From an uncultured Hyphomicrobiales bacterium (lineage in GTDB: Bacteria; Bacteroidota; Ignavibacteria; Kapaibacteriales; UBA2268), in NCBI GenBank assembly GCA_964637845.1, contig CAZWXI010000002.1, forward strand, positions 28,667-92,666: a stretch of DNA of 64,000 nucleotides. Reading direction: 5' to 3'. Positions 47,854-56,324 of the stretch are shown here, one piece after another (position 1 is the first letter of the stretch; each line of letters begins with the position of its first letter). Below the pieces are notes generated by a model. That model made no database searches, had not been told where the DNA came from, and worked only from the letters and a program-made list of their open reading frames with translations. Position numbers and translations under genes: made by a program.

Positions 47854-50634
47854 TTATCTTCCGAAGAATGGTCTGCCATCAGTGATCCAACTTGGTGCGG
47901 GTTTGCTTAATACGTAATGGTCGAACCATTCTTTCATTTTTATTTGCCAATCAAGTCTGTTTTGATACTTACGTGGATGATGCATCTCTTTTGTATATTC
48001 TACCAATACGCAGGGTTTTTCTAATCGGCGTAATGCCAAATACAACTCCACACCTTGCGAGAAAGGTATTGCTTCATCCTCAGCGCCATGCAGTATAAGT
48101 AGTGGTGTGTTAATGTTTCGAGCCAAAAAAACGGGAGAATTATTCAAATAATTATCGAGCGAATCCCACAAGTTTCCTCCTATCCGGCTTTGAAACTTTT
48201 CATATTGGAACTGACGTGCCAGACCGGTTTCAGTACGGATTTGACTGTATGCACTTGTCATATTACCGACAGGCGCCCCCGCCGCAGCGGCTTTGAAAAT
48301 ATCTGTCTGAGTAACCACGAAAGCAGTTTGATAGCCCGCCCAAGAATGACCTTGCAGGCACAACCTATCCGGATCAGCAATTCCACGGTCGAGCAATACT
48401 TTTAACCCTGATAATATGGCATCTACTGCGTCATATCCTGGGCGCCCTGTTTTATAAACTACATCAGGCACAAATACTAAATAATCATCTGACAAATAGA
48501 GTTGGTAAATTGGTCGGTGATTAATACGTGGCTGATAGAATGTAAAAGTCCGATGTGAAAAACGCTCATAATAATAGACCAAAACAGGATACTTTTTCTT
48601 CGGGTTAAAGTTATCAGGTTTTATGATGTAACCGTCCAAAGAATCCCCCAGCGGTGTTACCCATCTTACTATTTCAGTCGTACCCCATTTCATTTCTCGC
48701 ATTTCGGGGTTAATATCTGTAATTTTTATGGGGTTGGCAAACAAGACATTATCGGTAAACCACAAATCCGGAAATTCTTCAAAACTTTCCCGAGTATATA
48801 TAAATTTGTTATTTTTAGACCTACCGATTAATTGAAATGTTTTGCCTTCTATAAGTCCACCACCGCTTTCCGTAAAAACGTTCAGTCCGCCGGCTATTTG
48901 CTCTTCGAAAAATAAAATGTTAGTGCACTTGAGAGAGTCTGAGTACACATGAACATAAAAGGTATCCTTAAGCATTATTACCTTCTTGTCACGCTCAACA
49001 TTTGCATACCGGAACTGCAATTTATTTCTGCGCCCAACCGTAGCCGACATATTAATAAATGAGCCGGGGTCATTAGGAAAAAACTTATAAAAATCATATT
49101 TTTCGTTAATCAGCACATACATATCATTCTCAAACCAAGCCCCAATTCCATAACTTCCGGACTCAGCAGGAATATCGTTATCAACATCATAAAAAGGGAT
49201 AGGTATATTTTGCGTCATATTACCCGTCGTGCCTTTTTGTGTGTCATAAACGTACCAATGCTTTTCCTGGAAGAACAGCACATATTTACCTTGTGGTGAT
49301 AAATTTGCTCCTTCAGCTAACTTGGTAGCTATTTGCTTTTTTTGTCCCGTAGTCAAGTCAAATACGTATAAATCGTTATACCAACCATCATAGGTCATTA
49401 ACTTGAGATAAGGTGTGTTGTCATATCCAATCGTAAATCTTGAATTATCCGAAGCAATGACATTATTGCATGTAGAATCAGCTAATTGGAAGAATCTCTT
49501 TGTACGTATATTATACATTGATGCGAAGGTGCGGTCTTTGTTTTTATTCCACCAATTGATTTGATTGGAACTTATCAGAGGGTCGTTCCAGTGCCAAATT
49601 ACATCATCTGATTTTTCCAAAATTGTATCAATATTGTAGAAATTATCTTCCTTGAATGTAATCGTAGGAGCTTCGCTCGTGTCTTTTTCGCCGATAGGTT
49701 TTAATCCGAAAAATAAAATAGTTCCATCTTCTGTCCATTTTGTATCGTTTTTATAAGGTATAAACCAACCGCGGGGTGCTGTCTGTGGCGTTAAGGCAAT
49801 TTGAGTTTGTGCGGCTCGAACTTCCTCCCAAATCATCAAAGTACCATCGTTCGGAACACCCTCCTTTGTCATTGTGGAAGATACATACCCGAGTGTACGC
49901 GAGTTTGGACTCCACGCAATTGCTGAATACAAAGTTTTCTCTACTTTATTTATGGCGAACTCCGGTGCAAATGCTTCCCAAAGTTTTCTTGCATAAAGTC
50001 CATCTCTTTCCCCGTCAGGCGATGAAATCGAATAAAATACATATCGGGATGCACTATCCAAAGCATATTCAAGCACATAGTCTATTCTAATTTCAGTCTG
50101 TGAAAATAAGTGCCTAATGACCAATTCGGAGCCAATGGGTTTCTTCTGCATTTTTTCGGCTTTTTCGTCATCTTTTCCGAATTTATGATACACAAGCCAC
50201 TTCGAGTCTTCAGAAAAGACAAACTCTTTGACATCTTTTCTGCGGTCAATGTCGCCCGTAGTGGTTTTAACAATGACCAAACCCGATTTAGGTCTATCCT
50301 TGGGTGTCTTGGCATTTTCTACTTCAATTGAGGGCGGCGCCCAAGTGAAAGCGCAATAAACTCCGTCACGCGAAAATTTCGGACGCATTCCGCGTTCAAT
50401 TTCATACTTTGTTGAATCATCGGTTGATATAATATATCCAACCCCATCACCTCTGTCCGGAATAGCACTATAAGCTACCCAATTGCCGTCATCACTAATT
50501 ACGGCACCCTGTATAGAGCGGAATTTCATAGCATCAACTAGTGTAAACGGTCGTTTGGAATAAGATAATTGGGTTGATAATAAAATAACCAGCAAGTATA
50601 ATGCAATTTTCTGCGAGATGTTAAATTTTGCCAT
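47854..50634 (-). CDS. S9-family serine peptidase (prolyl oligopeptidase / DPP-type) with N-terminal beta-propeller
   Basis: Nucleophile elbow LQGHSWAGYQTA, LILHGAEDEAIP (Asp region), EMHHP (His region). Start placed at ATG 50634 (MAKFNISQKIALYLLVILL signal) rather than the track TTG at 50664. Confidence 0.85.
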   Translation of the reverse strand: MAKFNISQKIALYLLVILLSTQLSYSKRPFTLVDAMKFRSIQGAVISDDGNWVAYSAIPDRGDGVGYIISTDDSTKYEIERGMRPKFSRDGVYCAFTWAPPSIEVENAKTPKDRPKSGLVIVKTTTGDIDRRKDVKEFVFSEDSKWLVYHKFGKDDEKAEKMQKKPIGSELVIRHLFSQTEIRIDYVLEYALDSASRYVFYSISSPDGERDGLYARKLWEAFAPEFAINKVEKTLYSAIAWSPNSRTLGYVSSTMTKEGVPNDGTLMIWEEVRAAQTQIALTPQTAPRGWFIPYKNDTKWTEDGTILFFGLKPIGEKDTSEAPTITFKEDNFYNIDTILEKSDDVIWHWNDPLISSNQINWWNKNKDRTFASMYNIRTKRFFQLADSTCNNVIASDNSRFTIGYDNTPYLKLMTYDGWYNDLYVFDLTTGQKKQIATKLAEGANLSPQGKYVLFFQEKHWYVYDTQKGTTGNMTQNIPIPFYDVDNDIPAESGSYGIGAWFENDMYVLINEKYDFYKFFPNDPGSFINMSATVGRRNKLQFRYANVERDKKVIMLKDTFYVHVYSDSLKCTNILFFEEQIAGGLNVFTESGGGLIEGKTFQLIGRSKNNKFIYTRESFEEFPDLWFTDNVLFANPIKITDINPEMREMKWGTTEIVRWVTPLGDSLDGYIIKPDNFNPKKKYPVLVYYYERFSHRTFTFYQPRINHRPIYQLYLSDDYLVFVPDVVYKTGRPGYDAVDAILSGLKVLLDRGIADPDRLCLQGHSWAGYQTAFVVTQTDIFKAAAAGAPVGNMTSAYSQIRTETGLARQFQYEKFQSRIGGNLWDSLDNYLNNSPVFLARNINTPLLILHGAEDEAIPFSQGVELYLALRRLEKPCVLVEYTKEMHHPRKYQNRLDWQIKMKEWFDHYVLSKPAPSWITDGRPFFGR

Positions 50635-50743
50635 ATCAAAACCAAAAAATATATAATAAATCAAAATTCGTTACAAAACAAACTTTAAAGTAAGAGCAAA
50701 TCAAAAGATTTCCAAATTTTAATAGATAATTCGTTTAAAAATT

Positions 50744-50778
50744 TTTGATAAAATAATTAGATTTTTTTATTACTTTTG
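50744..50778 (+). promoter_or_regulatory. Candidate Bacteroidota-style promoter (-33 TTTG, -7 TAnnTTTG) for the riboswitch operon
   Basis: TTTG at 50744-50747 and TACTTTTG at 50771-50778, just upstream of the riboswitch. The 23-nt spacer is longer than the 19-21 nt described for Bacteroides, so the call is tentative. Confidence 0.25.
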
Positions 50779-50789
50779 TATTGTTATTG

Positions 50790-50955
50790 GATTGATAGTA
50801 TTTGATACTGCGGAAACAGGTGCGATTCCTGTGCGGTTACGCCGCTGTAACGGAGGACGATGCAGCCATAGTCAACAGACAGTCACTGCTTTAAGCGGGA
50901 AGGCAGGTTGCAAAGGATGATTCCGAAGCCAGAAGACGGGTCCGATAATGCTCAT
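50790..50955 (+). promoter_or_regulatory. Cobalamin (B12) riboswitch aptamer; boundaries approximate
   Basis: GGAAACAGGTGCGATTCCTGTGCGGTTACGCCGCTGTAACGG (50812-50853) parallels E. coli btuB leader AGGGAAUCCAGUGCGAAUCUGGAGCUGACGCGCAGCGGUAAGG. AGTCACTGCTTTAAGCGGGAAGGCAGG (50881-50907) parallels ACACUGCC...GGUGGGAAGUC. The B12-box-like GAAGCCAGAAGACGGG (50925-50940) parallels AAGCCCGAAGACCUGCC. It is a GC-rich island in an AT-rich 410-nt gap, upstream of a TonB-dependent receptor operon. Confidence 0.85.
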
Positions 50956-51074
50956 TGAAGTGAATTTAAGCACAGCGTTTGCGTCAACAAACGTAATGAG
51001 AAATTGGTCTAAAGCTCCAAGTTGCCTGCCAATTCCTCATACAAAAGTTTTTATAATATTTCATAGGAGATACT

Positions 51075-53435
51075 ATGCATAGAATATCTTACTTAATAAC
51101 GAGTGCTATACTTTTCGTATTTGTCACTCTCCCTCTTGATGCTCAACAGTACTTACCCCATGACTCGCTGTATGTCGGTAACACTCCAGTCCACATCGTC
51201 AAATCGCCAAATGATGGTACGCTCCACGTATTTTGTGCCGGATTTGATGAGAATTACAACGGGCAATTTGATGAAGGCGACGAATATCCTTCATGGTGGG
51301 TTATCAATAAAACTGAGCAATTCGGCGAGTTTCTTTTTGAAACTGAAAAGAAGCTTAGCTTCGATAAATTTTTCAGATTTCCGTCAGGTGTGGAAGTTTT
51401 TCGTCCTGGATTCAATTGGCGAGATAATGTCATATATATTCCTTTCCAAGGTCATATCAGAGCGTATGACCTTATGAAATTTGAATTAATTGACGAAGAA
51501 GTAGCTCGTATTGATGCTACTTCAATTGACTTTGCAGGGGGTCACTTACTTATTACGGTTTCACCCGGCGCCAATGAAAAAGGTAGGTTAGACGTGCTCA
51601 ATGTTAGTTCAGGGCAAATTTTACAAACTATACCTGCTGATATAAATGTGATGCAATGTGTATATTATCCTTCACCCAAAGGCATCTCGATTGCTTTACT
51701 TTCGAATGGCGAATATGGTGAATCAAACGGTAAAGTACAATACGGAGCCATTAACCATATGTCAGATTTTACTCTTGACTACGAAGTCATTGTAGGCTCA
51801 AATCCAAACCACATGATTTTCAAAAACGGAAAATTATACGTGTCGGTAAATGGGGACCACAAAGTTGTCGAAATAGACGTCGAGACTCATGAAATAAGAA
51901 CTTTCTACCTTGGTACCGTTGCTTTTAATGGTCCAAGAGAATTATATGTTGATGGGAATTACCTTTATGTGGCAACATACACCGGCGATTTCCGCAAAAT
52001 TAACCTTGAAACAGGTTGTATTGATATGATTGCAAGCTTTTCAGATTATAAAGCCGAAAGCATTTTGACTTATGACAATTATCTTATTGGACTTTATTCT
52101 TATGACGCTATGTATGGTGCTTCCAATACAGTTGTAGTTTTTGAATATACTGATGAAGATGTTTTTGAAGGTGCTTTGCGCTCCGTAGCAGTTGGTGCAC
52201 GCCCGATTAGTTCTTACTTTGATGAAATCTCTTCACTATACCATGTGTTTTGTTTGGGACATGACACAGAACAACCCTCATGGTGGACTATTGATATGGA
52301 AGGTAAATCAACCCAAAGATTCAATTTTCCCGCAGATGAACTGAAATATCCTTTAAAACCCGCTTTTGATTGGCAAAACAGAACAATATACATTCCACAC
52401 AGAAATAAAATTACATCGTATAATCTTGATGATTTTACAACTGACGACCCGAGCGTTGCTAATATTGATGCCGTAGCTCTTGACTTTGCGGGTAGCCATT
52501 TACTAGTTGCGACTCGTAAGGATGGTGCGGATTCAATCATTGTTTTAAATACTCAGTCAGGAGGTGTTCTCCAAAGAGTTTATGCAGGTATGCACGTAAG
52601 AGATTTAAAATACTACTCAATGCTTGTTGAGGATAATCCGCAGCCGGTAATCAGTTTGGCAATTCTTACAGATAAAGACGAAACAAGCGGTGAAACCCAA
52701 TTACTTTACGGCCCCATAAAGCATATGAAAGATTTCACACTTGACTTTTCTGTTGACGCCGGTAGAGATGCAAGTCATTTGGTACATTCATTCTTGAATA
52801 ACTCACTTTTCACGGTGTCCGAAACTGACCATGATTTATACCATATTTTACTTCATGATAATTCAGTTCAAGTGACACCAACAGGTACTTATGGTAATAT
52901 TTATCCGAAAAAATTATTCAGTCTTTTTGATGTTTTGTTGCTACCTACTTATAACGGTGACATTCGCAGCTATTCTATAGATGAAGTATTTGGGCAGTTT
53001 TTCTTGGAGGATATTGTATTATTGCCATATAAAATTGAAGAAGTGCATATGGCTGCAATTAATATGATGCCCATTGCTGCTTTATTTACTACACCATATC
53101 ATGCTGATGGCTCTATATCAAACGAGGTTTTGTTTTTGAACATGTCTGGTATGTCGGTTCATGAAAAATCTACAACGTCAAAGGATTTGATATATCCTAA
53201 CCCGACAAGCGGCAACTTTACTATAGTGTTAAAAGACAATAAATATAATTTGTCGAATTTGAGAATAGATGTTTTCAATCAATTCGGACAATTCATATTC
53301 ACTGAATTTTACTCCGTGAGCAATAATGTTATTAATATACAACTACCAGCTGACAAGATTCCAACAGGTGTGTATTATTTGACTATATCAGACGGAAACA
53401 CCAGTAGAACACAAACGCTGAACGTGATTAAATAG
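51075..53435 (+). CDS. Secreted protein with two tandem ~340-aa propeller-like modules and a T9SS C-terminal sorting domain (first gene of the B12-riboswitch operon)
   Basis: AGGAGA RBS at 51065-51070. Signal peptide ILFVFVTLPLDAQQ. Internal duplication (see findings). C-terminus LIYPNPTSGNFTIVL...IPTGVYYLTISDGNTSRTQTLNVIK is Por_Secre_tail-like. Confidence 0.7.
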   Translation: MHRISYLITSAILFVFVTLPLDAQQYLPHDSLYVGNTPVHIVKSPNDGTLHVFCAGFDENYNGQFDEGDEYPSWWVINKTEQFGEFLFETEKKLSFDKFFRFPSGVEVFRPGFNWRDNVIYIPFQGHIRAYDLMKFELIDEEVARIDATSIDFAGGHLLITVSPGANEKGRLDVLNVSSGQILQTIPADINVMQCVYYPSPKGISIALLSNGEYGESNGKVQYGAINHMSDFTLDYEVIVGSNPNHMIFKNGKLYVSVNGDHKVVEIDVETHEIRTFYLGTVAFNGPRELYVDGNYLYVATYTGDFRKINLETGCIDMIASFSDYKAESILTYDNYLIGLYSYDAMYGASNTVVVFEYTDEDVFEGALRSVAVGARPISSYFDEISSLYHVFCLGHDTEQPSWWTIDMEGKSTQRFNFPADELKYPLKPAFDWQNRTIYIPHRNKITSYNLDDFTTDDPSVANIDAVALDFAGSHLLVATRKDGADSIIVLNTQSGGVLQRVYAGMHVRDLKYYSMLVEDNPQPVISLAILTDKDETSGETQLLYGPIKHMKDFTLDFSVDAGRDASHLVHSFLNNSLFTVSETDHDLYHILLHDNSVQVTPTGTYGNIYPKKLFSLFDVLLLPTYNGDIRSYSIDEVFGQFFLEDIVLLPYKIEEVHMAAINMMPIAALFTTPYHADGSISNEVLFLNMSGMSVHEKSTTSKDLIYPNPTSGNFTIVLKDNKYNLSNLRIDVFNQFGQFIFTEFYSVSNNVINIQLPADKIPTGVYYLTISDGNTSRTQTLNVIK

Positions 53436-53436
53436 G

Positions 53437-55425
53437 TTGAAGTATATGAACTGCATCGCAGCATCTCAAAACAAATTTGAGGAACTCATAGCCATCATGA
53501 TTTTTGCGTCTATGCAGTTTGCATTTACAAATATATCTCTTTCCTTTAACGAAGCCGATAGTGCGTATTTTAGACTGCCGGAGCTAACAGTTACTGCCGG
53601 AAAAAAGCTTTCTATGCCAGAAATGAACTACACCGGCAATACAATTATTGATAAATCAAAAATTGAAGCTATAAACCCTATCACATGGGATGAACTCTTT
53701 CGCTTAAGTCCGACTGCTGTAATCAAGGACTACGGTGGTATGGTGGGCATGAAAACTATTTCTTTGCGGGGTAGTTTAGCGGCGCAAACTCTCATAACTC
53801 TTAACGGAACGAGAATTAACTCATCACAAAATGGAATAATTGACTTAACTTCATTGCCCATTGCCCTGCTAAGCGAAATTCAAATTGTTCGCGGCGGATT
53901 ATCCGCAATCCACGGAAGCAGCGCTCTTGGTGGTGTAGTCAATATAATTACTGATAGAAAGTTATCGGGGGTAAAGTTGACTCCCAACATCGGAAGTTAT
54001 GGAGACAAAGTTGTCAGCTTGGCGGGAGCATTAGTCGAAAATAATTACAATGTATCAACATTTTTTGAATATAAAGCATCGGACGGCAGTTATCCAATTA
54101 ATGTTAGCCAATATGGCGATCGTTACACCTATAAGCGGGAAAATGCAGACTTCAAAATACTGTCATTTGGAGCAAATGCTCAATACTATGCTTCGACAAA
54201 AGATATATTTCACTTAAACTTTATATCCACATTTACTGAAAAAGGAGTTCCGGGTGCAGTTTTACAGGGCAATCTCGAATCCCTGACTGCACGAAGTAAC
54301 GATATGTATTCATTATTGAAATTTGATTATTTCAAGGTAATGTCATCAAAATCATCTTTCAAAACATCTCTACATTATCGCTATAGCGAAAACCATTATG
54401 TTGATAAAGTTTACGTTCCGATTAATTATGCAGGGGATTCACATTTTTACTCGAATGATTTTAATGTTACAAATCATTTTGATTTCAGTCTTAAAGATTT
54501 TCATTTTCGTCTTTCAAACGAGCTATTTTACTCAATGTTAACGGGTGACATGCTTGATAAATCTCTTGGAGGAATAGTATCTCGCTACGGGGCTTCATTT
54601 TCTGTTTCGGCTGATACCCGTCAAATATTTGATAAATTTGATTTCTTCATCGCTTCTCGAATTGATTTTTTCAATAAGCACGAAAGTTCCGTTTCCCCCT
54701 ATTTAGGGTTCAATTATTCAGTTTTCGAGGGCATACTTGAATTTCCGGCCAGCATATCCTACAATTTCCGCATACCTTCATTTAATGAGTTGTATTATCT
54801 GAACTACGGCAATTCAAATCTCAAGCCCGAGAAATCTATTTCATTCAATGTCGGAATGAATTTTTTGCCGGTTTCAAATCTTAGTGCCAAAGTGAATCTA
54901 TTTATGATTCAAACCCAAGATTTGATTTTGTCTGTACCTAAAACACCGTTGTTGTGGAGTGCACAAAATGTAGGAATTGCCCAATCTTGCGGGTTTGAGT
55001 TTGAAGCCGGCGGTTCTTTTTGGGAAGATGAATTGAACTTATCAATAGCATATACACGTATGGATGTTAGAGATAAGGAATTAAACTCTCCCAATTACAA
55101 CAAACTTCTGCCTTATTTTCCACAAGAGACTATAGGTATATTCATATTGTTCAAGCTATACGATTTCAATTTCATTCAGAAACTTAACTATAATTCTTTT
55201 ACATATTCTCTCAGGAGCAATGACATCAATTCAGTGGTTGCCCCTTACTCAACATTTGATGTTGCTGTTTCAAAGGTATTCAAATTCGGAAGTTTTACTT
55301 TATATCCGCGATTTGATATTATCAATTTATTTGATGAAAGATTCGCAATTATCAAAAACTATCCAATGCCCGGAAGAATGTTTAGATTTTCGGTTAATGT
55401 GATTTACGGAGAAATGACAAAATGA
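53437..55425 (+). CDS. TonB-dependent outer-membrane receptor, BtuB-like
   Basis: TonB-box-like LPELTVTAGKK (compare E. coli BtuB DTLVVTA). Plug domain ISLRGSLAAQTLITLNGTRIN...IQIVRGGLSAIHGSSALGGVVNIIT. Beta-barrel with terminal RMFRFSVNVIY. Riboswitch upstream. Start uncertain (TTG 53437, ATG 53446 or a later Met). Confidence 0.85.
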   Translation: MKYMNCIAASQNKFEELIAIMIFASMQFAFTNISLSFNEADSAYFRLPELTVTAGKKLSMPEMNYTGNTIIDKSKIEAINPITWDELFRLSPTAVIKDYGGMVGMKTISLRGSLAAQTLITLNGTRINSSQNGIIDLTSLPIALLSEIQIVRGGLSAIHGSSALGGVVNIITDRKLSGVKLTPNIGSYGDKVVSLAGALVENNYNVSTFFEYKASDGSYPINVSQYGDRYTYKRENADFKILSFGANAQYYASTKDIFHLNFISTFTEKGVPGAVLQGNLESLTARSNDMYSLLKFDYFKVMSSKSSFKTSLHYRYSENHYVDKVYVPINYAGDSHFYSNDFNVTNHFDFSLKDFHFRLSNELFYSMLTGDMLDKSLGGIVSRYGASFSVSADTRQIFDKFDFFIASRIDFFNKHESSVSPYLGFNYSVFEGILEFPASISYNFRIPSFNELYYLNYGNSNLKPEKSISFNVGMNFLPVSNLSAKVNLFMIQTQDLILSVPKTPLLWSAQNVGIAQSCGFEFEAGGSFWEDELNLSIAYTRMDVRDKELNSPNYNKLLPYFPQETIGIFILFKLYDFNFIQKLNYNSFTYSLRSNDINSVVAPYSTFDVAVSKVFKFGSFTLYPRFDIINLFDERFAIIKNYPMPGRMFRFSVNVIYGEMTK

Positions 55426-56324
55426 GACTTGTCGTAATATTTCTGCTTTTTTCATTTTCGATTTATGCAAATGAATATCAACAAGGGTTTATAGATACTG
55501 TTTATAGCTTTACGCCCGGAAAATATATTGATAATCCTAATTACAACGATTATTATCCACAGAATATCTTCGGACCACCATCAATCAAAGCAACATTACA
55601 AGTACCGGCTTCTTCGATGGCAGATGTGTTGCCAATCGGATTTGAAGGTGAAATCATTGTCGGTTTCAAGGGCAAGGCACTCATGAATGGTCACGGATAC
55701 GATTTTATTATATTCGAAAATCCATTCATTAATCCAATAAATAAAGGTATTTTTGCTGAACCAGGTATAGTCTCTGTCAGTCAAGACGGTATAAATTTTA
55801 TTGAATTTCCATACGCTCCTAATACTTTGGAAGGCTTGGCAGGTTTAACTCCCGTGAATGGTAGCCGAGACCCTTTCGTTCATCCTGCTTGCGGTGGAGA
55901 TGCTTTTGATTTGGAAATTCTGGGATTATCATTTGTTACACATATCAAAATTAAAGATACTACAAAAATTGTTTTATCTTTACACAAAGACAATAAATAT
56001 TATAATCCTGAGCATATTCTTTCGGGTTTTGATTTAGATGCTGTATCGGCAAGATATTTAGTGGATATTTCAAGTGTGGGTGCCGGAAGTAATGAATCTA
56101 AATTACAAATTCGGCAATTTACAGATAATCTACAAATTGTTTCAAGTTGTAGTGACTGCAATTACCAGATTTCAATATATAATATTTGCGGGGTAGAAGT
56201 ATTCGATGATTTTATTCGAACCAATCAATTTATCAACTTGAATAAATTTCCTAAAGGAACATATTTCTACAAAGCCCTTGATAGTTTCGGTAAAATTGTC
56301 CTAACGGATAAGTTCATAAAATGA
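55422..56324 (+). CDS. Secreted protein of unknown function with T9SS C-terminal sorting domain
   Basis: Signal peptide MRLVVIFLLFSFSIYA, a ~200-aa beta-rich domain (YSFTPGKY...IFGPP, GYDFIIFENPF, VSVSQDGINFIEFPY, GGDAFDLE), and a C-terminal ~70 aa sorting-domain-like tail (ISIYNICGVEVF...FPKGTYFYKALDSFGKIVLTDKFIK). ATGA overlaps on both sides. Confidence 0.6.
   Translation: MRLVVIFLLFSFSIYANEYQQGFIDTVYSFTPGKYIDNPNYNDYYPQNIFGPPSIKATLQVPASSMADVLPIGFEGEIIVGFKGKALMNGHGYDFIIFENPFINPINKGIFAEPGIVSVSQDGINFIEFPYAPNTLEGLAGLTPVNGSRDPFVHPACGGDAFDLEILGLSFVTHIKIKDTTKIVLSLHKDNKYYNPEHILSGFDLDAVSARYLVDISSVGAGSNESKLQIRQFTDNLQIVSSCSDCNYQISIYNICGVEVFDDFIRTNQFINLNKFPKGTYFYKALDSFGKIVLTDKFIK

Noticed and set aside
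50635-50664. TTG-initiated N-terminal extensions in the track (50664 for the S9 peptidase; also 22858 for the helicase, 26557 for fumC and 21786 for the LCP gene)
   Set aside because: Downstream ATG codons give canonical N-termini, meaning signal peptides or alignment with known orthologs. The extensions add no recognisable sequence. The LCP start remains ambiguous.
50960-51074. Expression platform of the riboswitch: hairpin CGTTTG-CGTCAA-CAAACG (about 50975-50992) and CCTGCC (51025-51030), which is complementary to GGCAGG (50902-50907) in the aptamer
   Set aside because: The hairpin lacks a U-tract, so it is not a clear terminator. The pairing of TCCT (51034-51037) with the AGGA of the RBS is only 4 bp. 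The control mechanism (probably translational) cannot be assigned by eye.
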